A stretch of DNA of 64,000 nt from Octopus vulgaris (taxonomy: Eukaryota), in the NCBI GenBank assembly GCA_951406725.2, contig OX597816.1:169756001-169820000 (forward strand), given 5' to 3'. A program made the translations under genes and the position numbers. Under the pieces are notes generated by a model. That model worked only from the letters and a program-made list of their open reading frames with translations. It did not search any database and was not told the DNA's origin. Positions 1-14,298 of this stretch are shown here, in pieces; within the stretch, counting starts at the first letter, position 1, and each line of letters opens with the position of its first letter.

Positions 1-160
1 GACAACTTCCTATCCAACCCTAAATGTAGGCTTATCAACCCAGCTAAGTCAGAACTTGGGATTATTAGTAAAGAAATTTTAGGAAAAATAAATGCGAAAA
101 TTATAATTATAATTACAATTATAATGAGGAGAAGAAAAAGAAGAACAACAACACAGCAAC

Positions 161-201
<41 letters not shown>

Positions 202-695
202 GGTGGAATGTAGAGTGACTGATCTTTAGGCCTGTACTTATAACGTGTGTGTGTGTATGTGTGTGTATGTATGTATATGCTCTTCAACAGAAAAGACAAG
301 TTTGAACCAAGTAATTGTTGCGTTCATTTTACATTTATGTATAAGCTATTGGTATGCTGCATTTGTTGTAATTGTCTTTAAAGTCATTCACTTGTATAGT
401 GTTATTTTGATTATACAAGGAAAGATAGATTTATAACATCTTCTGGGTTGTTAGTACTGAAATTCTCATGTCGAGAATTTTCCATAAAATTTATCTATGT
501 ATACTAAGATAGTTGTGGAAAACTAATTTCGTGCGTGTGTGCATGTGTGTGAGTGTGTGCGTGTCTGTGTGTGCGCGCATGTATGAGTACATATACATGC
601 TCACACACACATACACACATATGTATAATGCGAGTTAGAATAACAGTAAAACAGTAAAACAAGTTTGGTGATCCTCATATTCAAGATGTCCACAC

Positions 696-857
696 GAGTG
701 GCTGTGTGATAAGTAGCTTGCTTACCAACCACATGGTTCCGGATTCAGTCCCACTGCGTGGTACCTTGGGCAAGTGTCTTCTACTATAGCCTCGGGCCGA
801 CCAAAGTCTTGTGGGTGGATTTGGTAGACGGAAACTGAAAGAAGCCCGTCGTATATG

Positions 858-905
<48 letters not shown>

Positions 906-1329
906 AATAGAGATAGGGGTTGTCAATGCAACCCTCCATGGGATAACATATATCCAATATACTGCTAGTGAAGTACCCAACAAAGTTAATACATAAATGT
1001 TAAGGATTGCGTTGCAATTACTAATACAAGATAAGAAAATGGAGAAATACATCTAAATCAAATATCAATTACCAGATAATACTCAATCACATACTTTATT
1101 AAACCACCACATATTTATATTCTTTTTTTTTTATATATTCTATTTATTATACAACATTACTCTTTTATGTACACTTTTTTATGTACATTCCTTTATGTAC
1201 ACTGATTTGTTCTGCCTTTTTATGTTTAACCCTACAGTCTCTTATGTGGTGGTTTAATAAAGTATGTGATTGAGTATTATCTGGTAATTGATATTTGATT
1301 TAGATGTATTTCTCCATTTTCTCATCTTG

Positions 1330-1410
<81 letters not shown>

Positions 1411-1620
1411 TTGCCTATCTGTGTTTGTTCCCCAACATCGCTTGACAACCGATGCTGTTGTGTTTACGTCCCCGTAACTTAGCGATTCGGCAAAAGAGAC
1501 CGATAGAATAAGTACTAGGCTTACAAAGAATAAGTCCTGGGGTCGATTTGTTCGACTAAAGGCGGTGCTCCAGCATGGCCACAGTCAAATGACTGAAAAA
1601 AATAAAATTGTAAAAGAGTA
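696..1620 (+). mobile_element. tRNA-derived SINE family A (CORE-like), split by an insertion in its internal microsatellite
   Basis: Head GTGGCTGTGTG..GGATTCAGTCCC (A/B-box-like), CORE-like CCTTGGGCAAGTGTCTT, and tail GGCGGTGCTCCAGCATGGCC..CAAATGACTGAAA. The same family recurs at least 8 times in the window. About 909-1332 is unrelated inserted DNA. Confidence 0.85.
1024..1332. repeat. Long inverted repeat (about 90-bp arms, about 130-bp spacer)
   Basis: 1024-1113 is the reverse complement of 1243-1332 with one mismatch seen. The spacer holds short TTTATGTACA repeats. Confidence 0.9.
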
Positions 1621-1962
1621 ATGAAAAGTTTAAGATATGTGAAGATAGACTAGAGTAGCCGAGTGCTGGCTTAGCCCTGCTTAGGCCTGAAAGTTTGTCG
1701 AAGCTCTGAATGTTTATGTTTGGGCAGTTATCTTTGTTTGACTTTCTTTGTTGTCTTTTGTGTTGAAGAAGGTAGATTTTCAGTGCAGGTATAGCGAACC
1801 GTCTCTGTATGTTTCAAAAGACTTTGTCGCATAAATACAAGCCGAGAAAGTACCTCATGAAGTACCTCAATGCGATCACACATATCGAGGCTTTTTCTCC
1901 CGAAAACGGACAATCAAATGCATCAACAGAACACTAGGAAATATCAATATTAAAGTTATTGA

Positions 1963-2892
1963 TAAGGCGGCGAGCTGGCAGAATCGTTAGCACGCCGAGC
2001 GAAATGCTTAGCGGTATTTCGTCTGCCGCTACGTTTTTAGTTTGAATTCCGCCGAGGTCGACTTTGCCTTTCATCCTTCGGGATCGATAAAATAAGTACC
2101 AGTTACGCACTGGGGTCGATATAATCGACTTGATCCGTTTGTCTGTCCTTGTTTGTCCTCTCTGTGTTTAGCCCCTCGTGAGTAGTAAAGAAATTGGTAT
2201 TTCGTTTGTTTTTAGGTTCTGAGCTCAAATTCTTCCGTGGTCGACTTTGCCTTGCATCCTTTCGAGGTCGATAAATTAAGTACCAGTTGCGTACTGGGGC
2301 CGATCTAATTGACTGGCACCTTCTCCCCCAAAATTTCGAACCTTGTGCCTAGAGTAGAAAAGAATCATTACCACGCCAGGCAAAATACTTCGCGGTATTT
2401 CGTCCGTCCTTACGTTCTCAGTTCAAATTCCGCCGAAGGTCGACTTTGCCTTTCATCCTTTCGAGGTCAGTAAAATATGTACCAGTCCTGTACCGGGGTC
2501 GATATAATCGACTTAAACTCTCCCACGAAATTGCTGGCCTTGTGACTATACTTGAAACCAATATTAAAATTATTGATTGTTCAAATTGTATATAGATCAT
2601 TGTATCACCGTCTTTTTCAATAAAGGAGAATAAAGTTTTCTCCCACAGAATATTTAACAAGTCATAGCTTTTTGAAGAGAATTGATAAATATAGCTTTCA
2701 AATCGTGGTACAAGGCCAGCAATTTCGGAGATTACACCGACTCTTGTGCCTAACTTGTACTTCTTTCATCGACCCCGAACGGTTAAAAAGCAAAGTCGAC
2801 CTCCGCAAAGTCGAACACAGAACGCAAAGACGGACGAAATGCCGCTAAGCTTTTTGTCCGATGTGCTAAATATTCTACAAGCTCGCCGCTTT
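1963..2892. mobile_element. Cluster of SINE family B (Nin-domain tRNA SINE): 1963-2362 (+, dimeric), about 2370-2565 (+), about 2690-2892 (-)
   Basis: Head AAGGCGGCGAGCTGGCAGAATCGTTAGC, B-box-like GTTCAAATTCC, and Nin-like GCCTTTCATCCTTTCGGGGTCGATAAA..AAGTACCAG. Confidence 0.85.
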
Positions 2893-4278
2893 AAAAAGAA
2901 TAGGAAGGATGGGAGTTGATCATAGAACGTAACGTAATGAAGCTTAAATCCGTTTCGTATTTATTACATCCTTCAGCTGTATCCGCCAGCTTACCATCCT
3001 CAAATTATTGATGGGTATATGTTAAGACGGCGAGATGAGTACCCGAGACGTTTAACTAAGCTTCTACATAAAGTCACATGATATGAATTAAAAGACTTGA
3101 CATGATTTAAAGATATGTATAGAGAATATGTTTGCATTAAAGGTTTTTCTCAGATCTCTCGCAAAACAAAAATAATTTCCACCGTTCTCAATTCACAATT
3201 AAACTCACATCAGCATTCTGGAATTACTTCTACGATGACAATCAGTAACAAGATGACTTTTTACGAGAATATTTCCCGCAATGGCGAGAACCACCACGAT
3301 AGGTTCCACATTGCGTGTGCTCTATATTTTTGGAATATCTTAGCAAAATAGCATTTTTCAAATCTCATTTGCTTTGCCTTATTTTAAAATACAGACAATA
3401 CTGGGGTGACCCCAAGTGAAGTGGGTTTGGTGAGTTCTGTTGGACTTTGATGTGATTCTGCAGATTCGATACTTTGCGTTTTTGAAAGCATCAGTTTAGT
3501 TCTTGCTGTGAGGATATAGAAACCAGGTATAGAATAACAATTTGGCCAATCCAAATTGTTTATCTATACCTGAATCCTATATTGTTAATACACTCAAGTA
3601 GCACATTTAACAGATGATAAAAGAAAAATTCTGCAATGTTCTTGTTTTATTTGAAGAATATCTTCTTTCTCAGTTCGAGTGTCGTCACATTTAATCATCA
3701 CCGTTCCTATATTTATGAATTGAAACACTTTTCGCATAAAAGGGGAAAAAAAATCGTATTAATACTTATCTGCTGAGTTATGTATTTCTTTGGCTTTGTA
3801 AATCCATCCATAATTCCACAAATTTCTGTCTGCGTTATTTCTTACTTTATTCTACTATTATCTCTGCTTTTGACTATAGAATTTGGATTTTTCTTTTGTC
3901 AAGTTTGCTTATTGCTTTTATGTAATTATAGTTTTTATTTTCTAGCCATCATTATCGAAGTGATCGAGTTGATGCATATAAAGTTAGTCAAGATGTTTCC
4001 AGAGAATCAAATATCACCGATTTAGGAAACTCAACATGTCTCCAGTGTTGATAGCACAAACTAGTAAATATATATATAAACAAAAAAACAAAAAAACATT
4101 TGTACAAGGTGATACATTTTTCCATAAAATTCTTATAACACACCATACACAAATATTTTCATATTCGCAAAAACTTACGCCAGTAAGCTAACTTGAAACC
4201 CTCCAGAGTAAAGGATGAAATATAATTCTGCCGTTTGACAGACTTGCACACACACATACACACACATATAATCCTATA

Positions 4279-4346
<68 letters not shown>

Positions 4347-4375
4347 CGAATATTCATACATATACATACATACAT

Positions 4376-4412
<37 letters not shown>

Positions 4413-4419
4413 TATATAA

Positions 4420-4765
4420 GACGCTGTCAAAACTTGTTCCTCCAGGGTCGTTCGCCACCTCAACACCTTATGGCTTAGCACCTCTGTTTGTATTCACTGT
4501 CCTGTTTCTGTTACCAAATTTGACCCACCGCAAATCCCAAATTTTATTTAATTTGCTTTGCAGGAGCAACTGTTTTGGCGAAGGTGCATCTTGTCGTAAT
4601 TGCTGGAAATGCGGAGTAGATAAAACAGCCGACAACTTGTGAAGGGTCGTCCTTTATGTTACTTGTCTTGTTTTCCATTTGTTTATTTCGTTGTTTGCAA
4701 AACGTTCGTATTCTATGGTTTCGTATTTCATGTTGTTTACGTTGTATGACGTCTTGTACCCACAT
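4420..4765 (+). repeat. Unclassified interspersed repeat between TA tracts (homologous to 18230-18500)
   Basis: Shares collinear blocks ATTTTATTTAATT..GCAGGA, GACA.CT..TGAAGGG and GTC.TGTAC.CAC with 18230-18500. Confidence 0.6.
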
Positions 4766-4788
4766 ATGCATATGTATATACATATATA

Positions 4789-4908
<120 letters not shown>

Positions 4909-4945
4909 TGCATTTTTACATACATTTACATATGTATATTATATT

Positions 4946-6501
4946 CTAGATGCATTCATGTAGTTTTCAGACATGTTAGGGATTACAGATTACTGTGATG
5001 TTTGTATATCATTATAATTCCTCTAATAATCAGACCTACCAACTTTTCTTATTCCAGATGGAGAGTAGCGGCTGTAACGGTACTAAATATCTTGCTAAGC
5101 ACTACTTATAGCCGATTAGACTGCAGAATGCTGTCAGGACGTGAAGGCAATTTGGAAGCTCGATATGCAGTAAGATTCTGTAGACGAAAATGCAACAGAA
5201 ACTTGTGAAATGTCCCAGACGGCATATGGGGGTAACTAGTATGAGCACAAAAGGCGCGACAAAGCAGGTTCACCGGGTAGCTCATGCCAATTCCATTTTT
5301 TGACAGCAGGGGCATCATCTTCCACTAGATTTCCTCTTGTCAGGCGGTCAACAGTGCGTACTATATGGTGGTTATGAAAAGTGGTTGTGTGGTAAGTAGC
5401 TTGCTTACCAACCACATCCTTCTGGGTTCAATCCCACTGCGTGGCACCTTGGGCTAGTGTCTTCTACTATAACCTCGGGCCGACCAAAGCCTTGAGAATG
5501 GATTTGGTAAAGGGAAACTGAAAAAAGCTCGTCGTATATATGTATATGTATATATATATGTGTGTGTGTTTGCGTGTCTCTGTTTGTAGACGGAAACTGA
5601 AAGAAGCTTGGAAGTGTGGTGAGAAAATTAGTTCTTAAGCACATGGTTCTGGGTTCAGTCCCACTGTGTGGCACCTTGGGCAAGCCTCTAGCTGACCAAA
5701 GCCTTGTGAGTGGATTTGGCAGACAGAAACTGAAAGAAGCTTGGAAGTGTGGTGAGAAAATTAGTTCTTAAGCACATGGTTCTGGGTTTAGTCCCACTGC
5801 GTGTCATCTTGGGCAAGTGTCTTCTACTATAGCCTCGGGTCGAACAAAGCCTTGTGAATGGATTTGGTAGACGGAAACTGAAAGAAGCTCGTCGTATATA
5901 TGTATATGTATATATATGTGTGTGTGTGTGTTTGCGTGTCTGTGTTTGTCCTCCCAACATTCTTTGACAACCGCTGCTGGTGTGTTTACGTCCTCGTAAC
6001 TTAGCGGTTCGGCAAAAGAGACCGATAGAATAAGTACTAGGCTTACAAAGAATAAGTCCTGGGTTCGATTTGCTCGACTAAAGGCGGTGCTCCAGCATGG
6101 CCGCAGTCAAATGACTGAAACAAGTAGAATAGTAAGTTGAAGAAATTTCGTTGTAAAAGGCCAGAACACCTGCATCAACCCACAGTTCCATCCTGATAGA
6201 GGTGGGCATCAGATTTGCTTCTCCACCCAACAATCCAGACCTTTTTGGTAGGTTTATTTATTCAGATTTTTGGATGAGTTATTCCCCAAGGTGAAGGAGA
6301 AAATGAAGGAGACTGTGACAATGGTCCTGGACACTTCCACCGTTGAAGACCTGTGTGGTGCCTTCACGACTTAGCTGGAGTGCTGCAACGAGTACAGTGA
6401 AGTCAGAGACTCTTACTTTGAAGGAGATTTGAGTTTTTGTATTCTTTGAAATTAATAGATGACTCTCCTCAATATCTCAAAACTTCTGGAATGCATTTTG
6501 T
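4946..6501 (+). mobile_element. Degraded mariner transposon interrupted by a SINE A composite
   Basis: Peptide remnants EARYAVRFC..ENATETCEM, FFDSRGII..VNSAYY and KKFRCKRPE. Imperfect TIR-like ends ATGCATTCATGTAGTTTTCAGA / TCTCAAAACTTCTGGAATGCAT. Confidence 0.7.
5380..6135 (+). mobile_element. SINE A composite with tandemly repeated head segments
   Basis: Three successive head/CORE segments (about 5380, 5610, 5745) precede one complete tail. Confidence 0.85.
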
Positions 6502-6908
6502 ACATACATACATACATACATACATACATACATACACACATACACACATACATGCATGCATACATACATACATACATACATACATGCATTCATACATACA
6601 TACATACATACATACATACATACATACATACATACATACATGCATACATGCATACATACATAGATACATACATACACACATACATACATACATACATGCA
6701 TACATACATACATGCATTCATACATACATACATACATACATACATACATACATACATACATACATACATACATACATGCATACATGCATACATACATAGA
6801 TACATACATACACACATACATACATACATACATACATACATGCATTCATACATACATACATACATACATGCATACATACATACATGCATTCATACATACA
6901 TACATACA

Positions 6909-6940
<32 letters not shown>

Positions 6941-7285
6941 CATACATACATACATGCATTCATACATACATACATACATACATACATACATACATACATA
7001 CATGCATACATGCATACATACATAGATACATACATACACACATACATACATACATACATATATACATACATACATACATGCATTCATACATACATACATA
7101 CATACATACATACATGCATACATGCATACATACATAGATACATACATACACACATACATACATACATATATACATACATACATACATGCATTCATACATA
7201 CATACATACATACATGCATACATACATACATGCATTCATACATACATACATACATACATACATACATACATACATGCATACATAC
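6501..7285. repeat. (CATA)n microsatellite with higher-order variant cassette
   Basis: About 780 bp of CATA units with recurring CATG/CATT/CATAGATA variants. Confidence 0.95.
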
Positions 7286-7566
7286 AAAACAAAACATACA
7301 AATCTGGACATGCACTGACTCCAAATACTTCACATATACACACATACATGCAAAAATATTCCGTTGATGTTGTTGAAAATCCAGTGAAGGAGCCTTGGAT
7401 CTAGGCTAGAAACCGGCTTTTCTCTATTGGCAACAAGTTTTGAATTAAAACTAAATAATGACACATAAATACATACATATACACATACATGCATTTGTAC
7501 ATATATACATATATGTATGCATATATATCTATATATCTATATATATATATCTATATATATATATAT

Positions 7567-7616
<50 letters not shown>

Positions 7617-8242
7617 ATATATATAAAATGTTTATATGCATGTACATGTATATATGTATATGTGTATACACATGCACGCACATATCCACACACAAATATC
7701 TTTATAAATAACTTATGCATTTATTGATACGACCACGCTTTCACTTCGTGTCTTACACTTACACATAAACAAGCACATACAAATATTCGACGTATGAATA
7801 ATTACTTTGAAATTGTCAACTGATTTGCTGGTCTTAGTCATTTATATGCGTGGATCGTCCACTCACTCGTTATTGGACAGTTTGATAACTGCATATTGTC
7901 CATATTCCTATTTGCTGTCAACAAAAGAAGGGAAAAATATATGAAAGATATTTATTATGAATAGGTATCGTTGCCTCTCTTTCCATGTCTTTTTTTTGAG
8001 CCATGACTCCTCCCAAAGTTTTAATTGAACAGCATTTCATGTCAAACACATACCGATTCCTTCTCGTTTTCAGACAACCCAAATGCTTCATACGTCACTT
8101 CTTTGTGAAACTTTTGGCTAAATAGAATCCATGCTTAAAGGAAATAAATTAAACGAAGAAGTTTTCCGGTGGTAATTTTAATGTTAAAATTTTCGATTTT
8201 GCTCGCTGGTTTTAACTATCACGCAAAAGAAATTCTACCAAT

Positions 8243-8288
8243 ATGGCAGTTCCAGTGCTCTTTCTTTTCGCTCTTGTATTTACCACAA
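8243..8288 (+). CDS. Probable first coding exon of a secreted or membrane protein (signal peptide MAVPVLFLFALVFTT)
   Basis: ATG in AATATGG context, a hydrophobic h-region, and a consensus donor GTAAGT at 8289 in phase 1, typical of signal-peptide exons. An upstream acceptor TTCTCGTTTTCAG ends at 8073. The region is non-repetitive. Confidence 0.55.
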
Positions 8289-8476
8289 GTAAGTCTATGT
8301 ATATTCGTCATTTTGACATTTATCTAAATGTATATAAACACATAACAAAATATGAGTATATGTTATATATTATGTTATATATTATATATACATATTTAAA
8401 TATGTATGTATTTCATATGCATACATATACATGCATACAAACATACATACACATGCACGCATACACACACACACAC

Positions 8477-8564
<88 letters not shown>

Positions 8565-8689
8565 TCATATATATTTATATATACATATATACATACATAT
8601 ATTACGTATATATTTATTTATTTAAATTTATATAACATACATATATAATTTACATATAATTTATATAATATAATATATTTCTTCAAGCT

Positions 8690-9030
8690 TCTAGAACGAG
8701 GCCATGCTAGAGTCGTAGCTTGAAGGGTTTGGTAGGTAAGTCAAACAGTATTTTAAGTCTGTTACTCATGTCCGTTTCATTTTACCGAAATGTTATTTAC
8801 AGGGATGTTAATAAAAAAAGGTTTGAGGGGACAAATATAAGAACACAGAAATACATACACATACACCCATGCACAAATTTAGACACACATATTCAAATAT
8901 ACACACGAAAACTTCTGCGGTATTTCACTCAATAAAATTCAAGTTGACTCGGTGCTAAAACAGAAGACAATTGCCCTGTGTATAACTTGAACCAGAAATT
9001 CGTTGTCACACAGCCATAAATGAACTTTAA
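8690..9030 (-). mobile_element. Degenerate SINE A
   Basis: Reverse-strand remnants (GGCCATGCT.GAG, ACTTGAACCAGAA, CACAGCCA) are collinear with family A. Confidence 0.55.
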
Positions 9031-9111
9031 TATATATATATATATATATATTTGTGTGTGTGTATGCACATACATACATATATATATATATATATATGCA
9101 TTCATAGATAA

Positions 9112-9157
<46 letters not shown>

Positions 9158-9163
<6 letters not shown>

Positions 9164-9273
9164 ATCACGTGACCGACCAGACCATCAGGTGTTGCTACAC
9201 ATCGCTGGTCACAATGCGTTCGCATTGTTTTAGCCTTCGAATGACGCCACCCCGCTGGCTGAGCGAGCAGGCT
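9158..9273. repeat. Short GC-richer repeat fragment embedded in (TA)n
   Basis: About 116 bp flanked on both sides by TA tracts, with an internal hairpin ACAATGCG..CGCATTGT. Family not assigned. Confidence 0.45.
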
Positions 9274-9284
9274 ATATATATATG

Positions 9285-9390
<106 letters not shown>

Positions 9391-10121
9391 TTACACAGAA
9401 ATATTTTCACATAATCATAAATGCATATATGCTTATATGTATGCGTGTATATATGATACATTTCTATGACTACATAACTCTCTCCCTGTCTACCTATCGA
9501 TCGATCTATCTATCTAGCTATCTATATGTTTGTAGCTATCTATGTTTGTAGAACATTATGTATGCATGTGTATGCACACTCACACACATACACACACACA
9601 CAGATCATTAAAGAGAAAAGCGATCGACGAACAATTCTTTTGCACGCAAAACATCAGAACTTGTGAAATATCATTTTCTTCTTTGAAATATTTGTCATAT
9701 TCAATTGTTAACAACGTTTTTGAACTTTCAATGCTCTATCATGTATTACTGCTACACAATTTATCGAACATTTGAATTTTTGTAGTTTCTTATTGGTGTG
9801 AAACTTAACGAACATTTAAATTTTCAAAATGTAATTTTATGAATTAATGTACAGTAATGAAACCTATTGTACATTTGATTTTTGAGCATGATTTATCCCT
9901 GTGAAATATTTTGCTGTAAATAATCTTTGTATCAAATTTGTATCATGTTTTATAATCTATTTTTATCATTGACGAAAAAAGAACAAAACAAAATAACCTT
10001 GAAAGTGGTTTGGTTTTCTAATAAACTTTACAAAATTAGAAAAAATCTGCCATTCGTTTGAAGACCTAAGTGCCATTTCAACTCCAAAATCAATTCGCTT
10101 TCACTCACTAACACAAGACCC

Positions 10122-10226
<105 letters not shown>

Positions 10227-10235
10227 CATACATAC

Positions 10236-10266
<31 letters not shown>

Positions 10267-10314
10267 TACATACACACACACACACCACTTATATATATAG
10301 ATTTTCACCTTTTA

Positions 10315-10587
10315 TACCAATTTACTTGTTTTAGACATTTGACTGCGGCCATTCTGGGGCACCGTCTTGAAGAGTTTTAGTCGAGCAAACCGACATCAGG
10401 AATTACATTTTAAAGCCTAGTACACATTCTATCGATCGCTTTTGCCAAACCACTAAGTTACAGGAATATAAACACAACAACACCCGTTGTTAAGCGGTGG
10501 TAGACACACACATACAATCATACAAAACATACACACACACATATATATACAACGGGCTTCTTTCAGTTTCCATCCACTAAATCCACT
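10315..10587 (-). mobile_element. SINE A (3' two-thirds)
   Basis: Reverse complement of the family A tail and middle, truncated at the CR1 fragment. Confidence 0.75.
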
Positions 10588-10854
10588 CCGAAGGCGAGGA
10601 ATCTACAGTGGGCAGCAGTATTCAAGGTGTGGCCGTACAAAGGAGGAAAAAAGTGGTATGATGACACCTTGTTCTCTGGACCGGAAAGTTCTTAAGATCC
10701 AGGAACTCATCCTACGAGCTATATCGACCTTCTTGTTGATGTGTGCACTCCAACTGAGATCGTCATCAACGATTACACCCAGGTCTCTGATATCGTTAGA
10801 GGCTGTGAGCGGTTCCCCTGAAGGAAGAGAGTATGGTTGTTTTAGTGAGGAATT

Positions 10855-10855
<1 letters not shown>
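10588..10855 (-). mobile_element. CR1-clade LINE RT fragment
   Basis: Minus strand reads [45 protein letters not shown]. Confidence 0.85.
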
Positions 10856-10934
<79 letters not shown>

Positions 10935-10984
10935 TACATATATGTATACATACATATATATGTATGCATATGTATGTATATGTA

Positions 10985-11494
10985 CCGTAAATCCTCGAGT
11001 ATAATCCGCATTTTCCAAAAAATTTAAAGGTCAAAATCTGTAGTGCGTACTATATACGAGGTTTAAAAGGAAAAATATTTTCTAAGCAATGTCTGAGTCT
11101 CTATTTGCTGTCCGGCAATGTTTATTCAGACGCATTTGGTGATGTCGGGCGCGAAAATACATTAAGCTAAGCCCGAAGGCAATGAAATTATAAAAGAATC
11201 ATCCATAACTTGCAGGAAGCAGCATTTATTAAACATTATTACTGTTATTTCTTTATTTTATGCAGGCAAAATGCACAAAAAAGCTACACGTTTGCATTAA
11301 GTTTTATATGCAGTAATAATAAAGGACGTTACCGTATACATTTTTACAAACCAAGGACTTTATATAGAGCTCCTTGACTCAAGTTAGAGAAGAGGTGCTT
11401 ATTATACACAAGGCTTAGGTTTTTCAGAGGTACGGCCCCCTAAAAATCCCCTGCGTATTACACTCAAGGGCGGACTATACTCGAGGATTTACGG
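10985..11494. mobile_element. Tc1/mariner-superfamily (pogo/Tc2-like) MITE
   Basis: About 25-bp TIRs CCGTAAATCCTCGAGTATAATCCGC / GCGGACTATACTCGAGGATTTACGG, TA duplication on both sides, no ORF. Confidence 0.9.
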
Positions 11495-11502
11495 TATGCG
11501 TG

Positions 11503-11560
<58 letters not shown>

Positions 11561-12012
11561 TGTGTGTGTGTCTGTGTGTTAGATACACTTGTAAGGAATT
11601 TACTATTAGAAATTCGTCAGAGAGGAAATTATCTTGAATTTCTTATAAAAACTTCTTTACATGTCTATCTAACATGTAGATCTTTTCATTTCCTGTAAGT
11701 AAATGAAACACGTGTAATGGAGAATAAATAATACCAAAGAATTTCCACTTTGTTGCTTTGTTATACAATAACTCAGCAAATAATATTTCTATAATTCTCA
11801 GAATATGTATTTTGAGTAACAAACAACAGCAACTGACGATGCGTTCTGATTATAATAATGGAATAAGCAGATGTGCTTCAAGAGAAAACATTTGTGATCT
11901 TATCTACCAACCTACCTACCAACCTACCTACCTACCTTTCTCTCTACCAACATACATACATATTTATATGTATATATATATAACGAAATGTTAGCGCCAA
12001 GCAGTGTTTAAG

Positions 12013-12419
<407 letters not shown>

Positions 12420-12656
12420 GAATGTACATAAAAATGTGTATAAAAGAGTATATATATATATATACATGTATGTGTGTGTGTGTATATATATATGTGTGTG
12501 TGTATGTATGTATGAAACAAACTAATATTTGCTTTTTTATAAATGTATATAAAATGTGTATAGTAAGATAAAAATAAAATGATGATCTATTTTCGAACGT
12601 AATTTACCCAATGATTCTGCTGTTCCTAACGGCGTCTCTCCATTCAAAAATAAATT

Positions 12657-12760
12657 ACAGTCCTACTGCGTGGTACCTTAGGTGAGTGTCTTCATCACGA
12701 TGCCTCGTGAGTGGATTTAGTAGACGGATTTTCGTAGAAGGAAGCAGAAAGAATCCGACG
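12657..12760 (+). mobile_element. SINE A 5' half (3' half at 15785-15905)
   Basis: CAGTCCTACTGCGTGGTACCTTAGG..GTGAGTGGATTT. The family continues GTGTTTGTGTTTATCCCC at 15785, after the Tx1 insertions. Confidence 0.65.
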
Positions 12761-12764
12761 CCTC

Positions 12765-12922
<158 letters not shown>

Positions 12923-12928
12923 CTTCTG

Positions 12929-12995
<67 letters not shown>

Positions 12996-13950
12996 CTGAC
13001 CCGCCTGTTCAGGACGACTTTCGGGCCAGGGCCCATGGACAACTTCCAGAGATCCTTGGCCTGGCAGTGCTACCGAGAAGCGCTACCCGTTCGGGATAAG
13101 CTCTACAGACACGGCTCGAGAAACACGGGGCCGACCTGCCCGAGATGCGGTCAGAGCGACGAAACCGTTCTGCACGCACTCGTTCAGTGTCCAACAATTT
13201 CCGACCTGTGGGCTTATGTCGAACAACTGCTGTCACGTGTGGGACGAGTCGGTTTATCAGCTGAGTCTATCGTCAATATTGTCACGCCTCCTTCCTTCAA
13301 ACGGGAAGGAAGAGCTATTTTCATCATCCTTGTGGCTATGGCGAAAGAATGTATCTGGTGGACGCGTCTGAAAGGATTGGAGACAAACACTTTCCTCTCT
13401 GGTCAATCTCTCATCAACTTCTTCAAGTACCACTTGAAAAGGAAAGTGAGAGTAGAGAGGCAAGTTTTGTCTAGCGAATGTTTTAAAAAAAGATGGGTGA
13501 ATGTAGCAAGAATGGCACGTATGAATGACGAAGCCACCTTGAGCATAGTCCTATGAACCCAGAAATCGAAAACAGAGAGTTGCTTATTTGCAAAAAAAAA
13601 AAAAAAAAAAGAAATATAAAATGTGACTTCATTGACCGAGGTTACCGTGGTCTTTTCCGTAGGCTTTCCTTTCCACGGGTAAACCTCACCTGTCCTCCCC
13701 TTTACACTTCATATTGACATTTCTGTGATAACGATCCCTATTGATCAATTTTTTTTCCTCCCCCCCCTTTTTTTTTAACCCCCCCTTTTTTGTCCTCCTT
13801 CTCTCCTTTTACGATCCCTTTTGATCGAAACTCCCCCCTTCCATTTTTTTATTTTTTTTTTTATTTTTTTTTTTTCTAACCCTTCAAAAGAAAAGCTCTA
13901 CCTTGTAATTTGTTCTATCTGTGTGCAGCCCTGTGTGGCTAATAAAGAAA
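12996..13950 (+). mobile_element. 5'-truncated Tx1/L1-clade LINE, copy 1 (ORF2 C-terminus plus 3'UTR)
   Basis: zf-RVT/CCHC CPRCGQSDETVLHALVQC, stop at 13556, pyrimidine-rich 3'UTR ending AATAAAGAAA. Confidence 0.9.
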
Positions 13951-13971
13951 CATATCTATCCTTCTATCTAA

Positions 13972-14019
<48 letters not shown>

Positions 14020-14020
14020 A

Positions 14021-14298
<278 letters not shown>

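Noticed and set aside
7390-7440. AGCCT/AGGCT stem with GAAACCGG, possible hammerhead
   Set aside because: The core GTGAAGG and stem I do not fit. It is likely part of a CATA-associated repeat but is unsupported.
10487-10990. 167-aa plus-strand ORF
   Set aside because: It is an antisense read-through of SINE, CR1 fragment and TA repeat.
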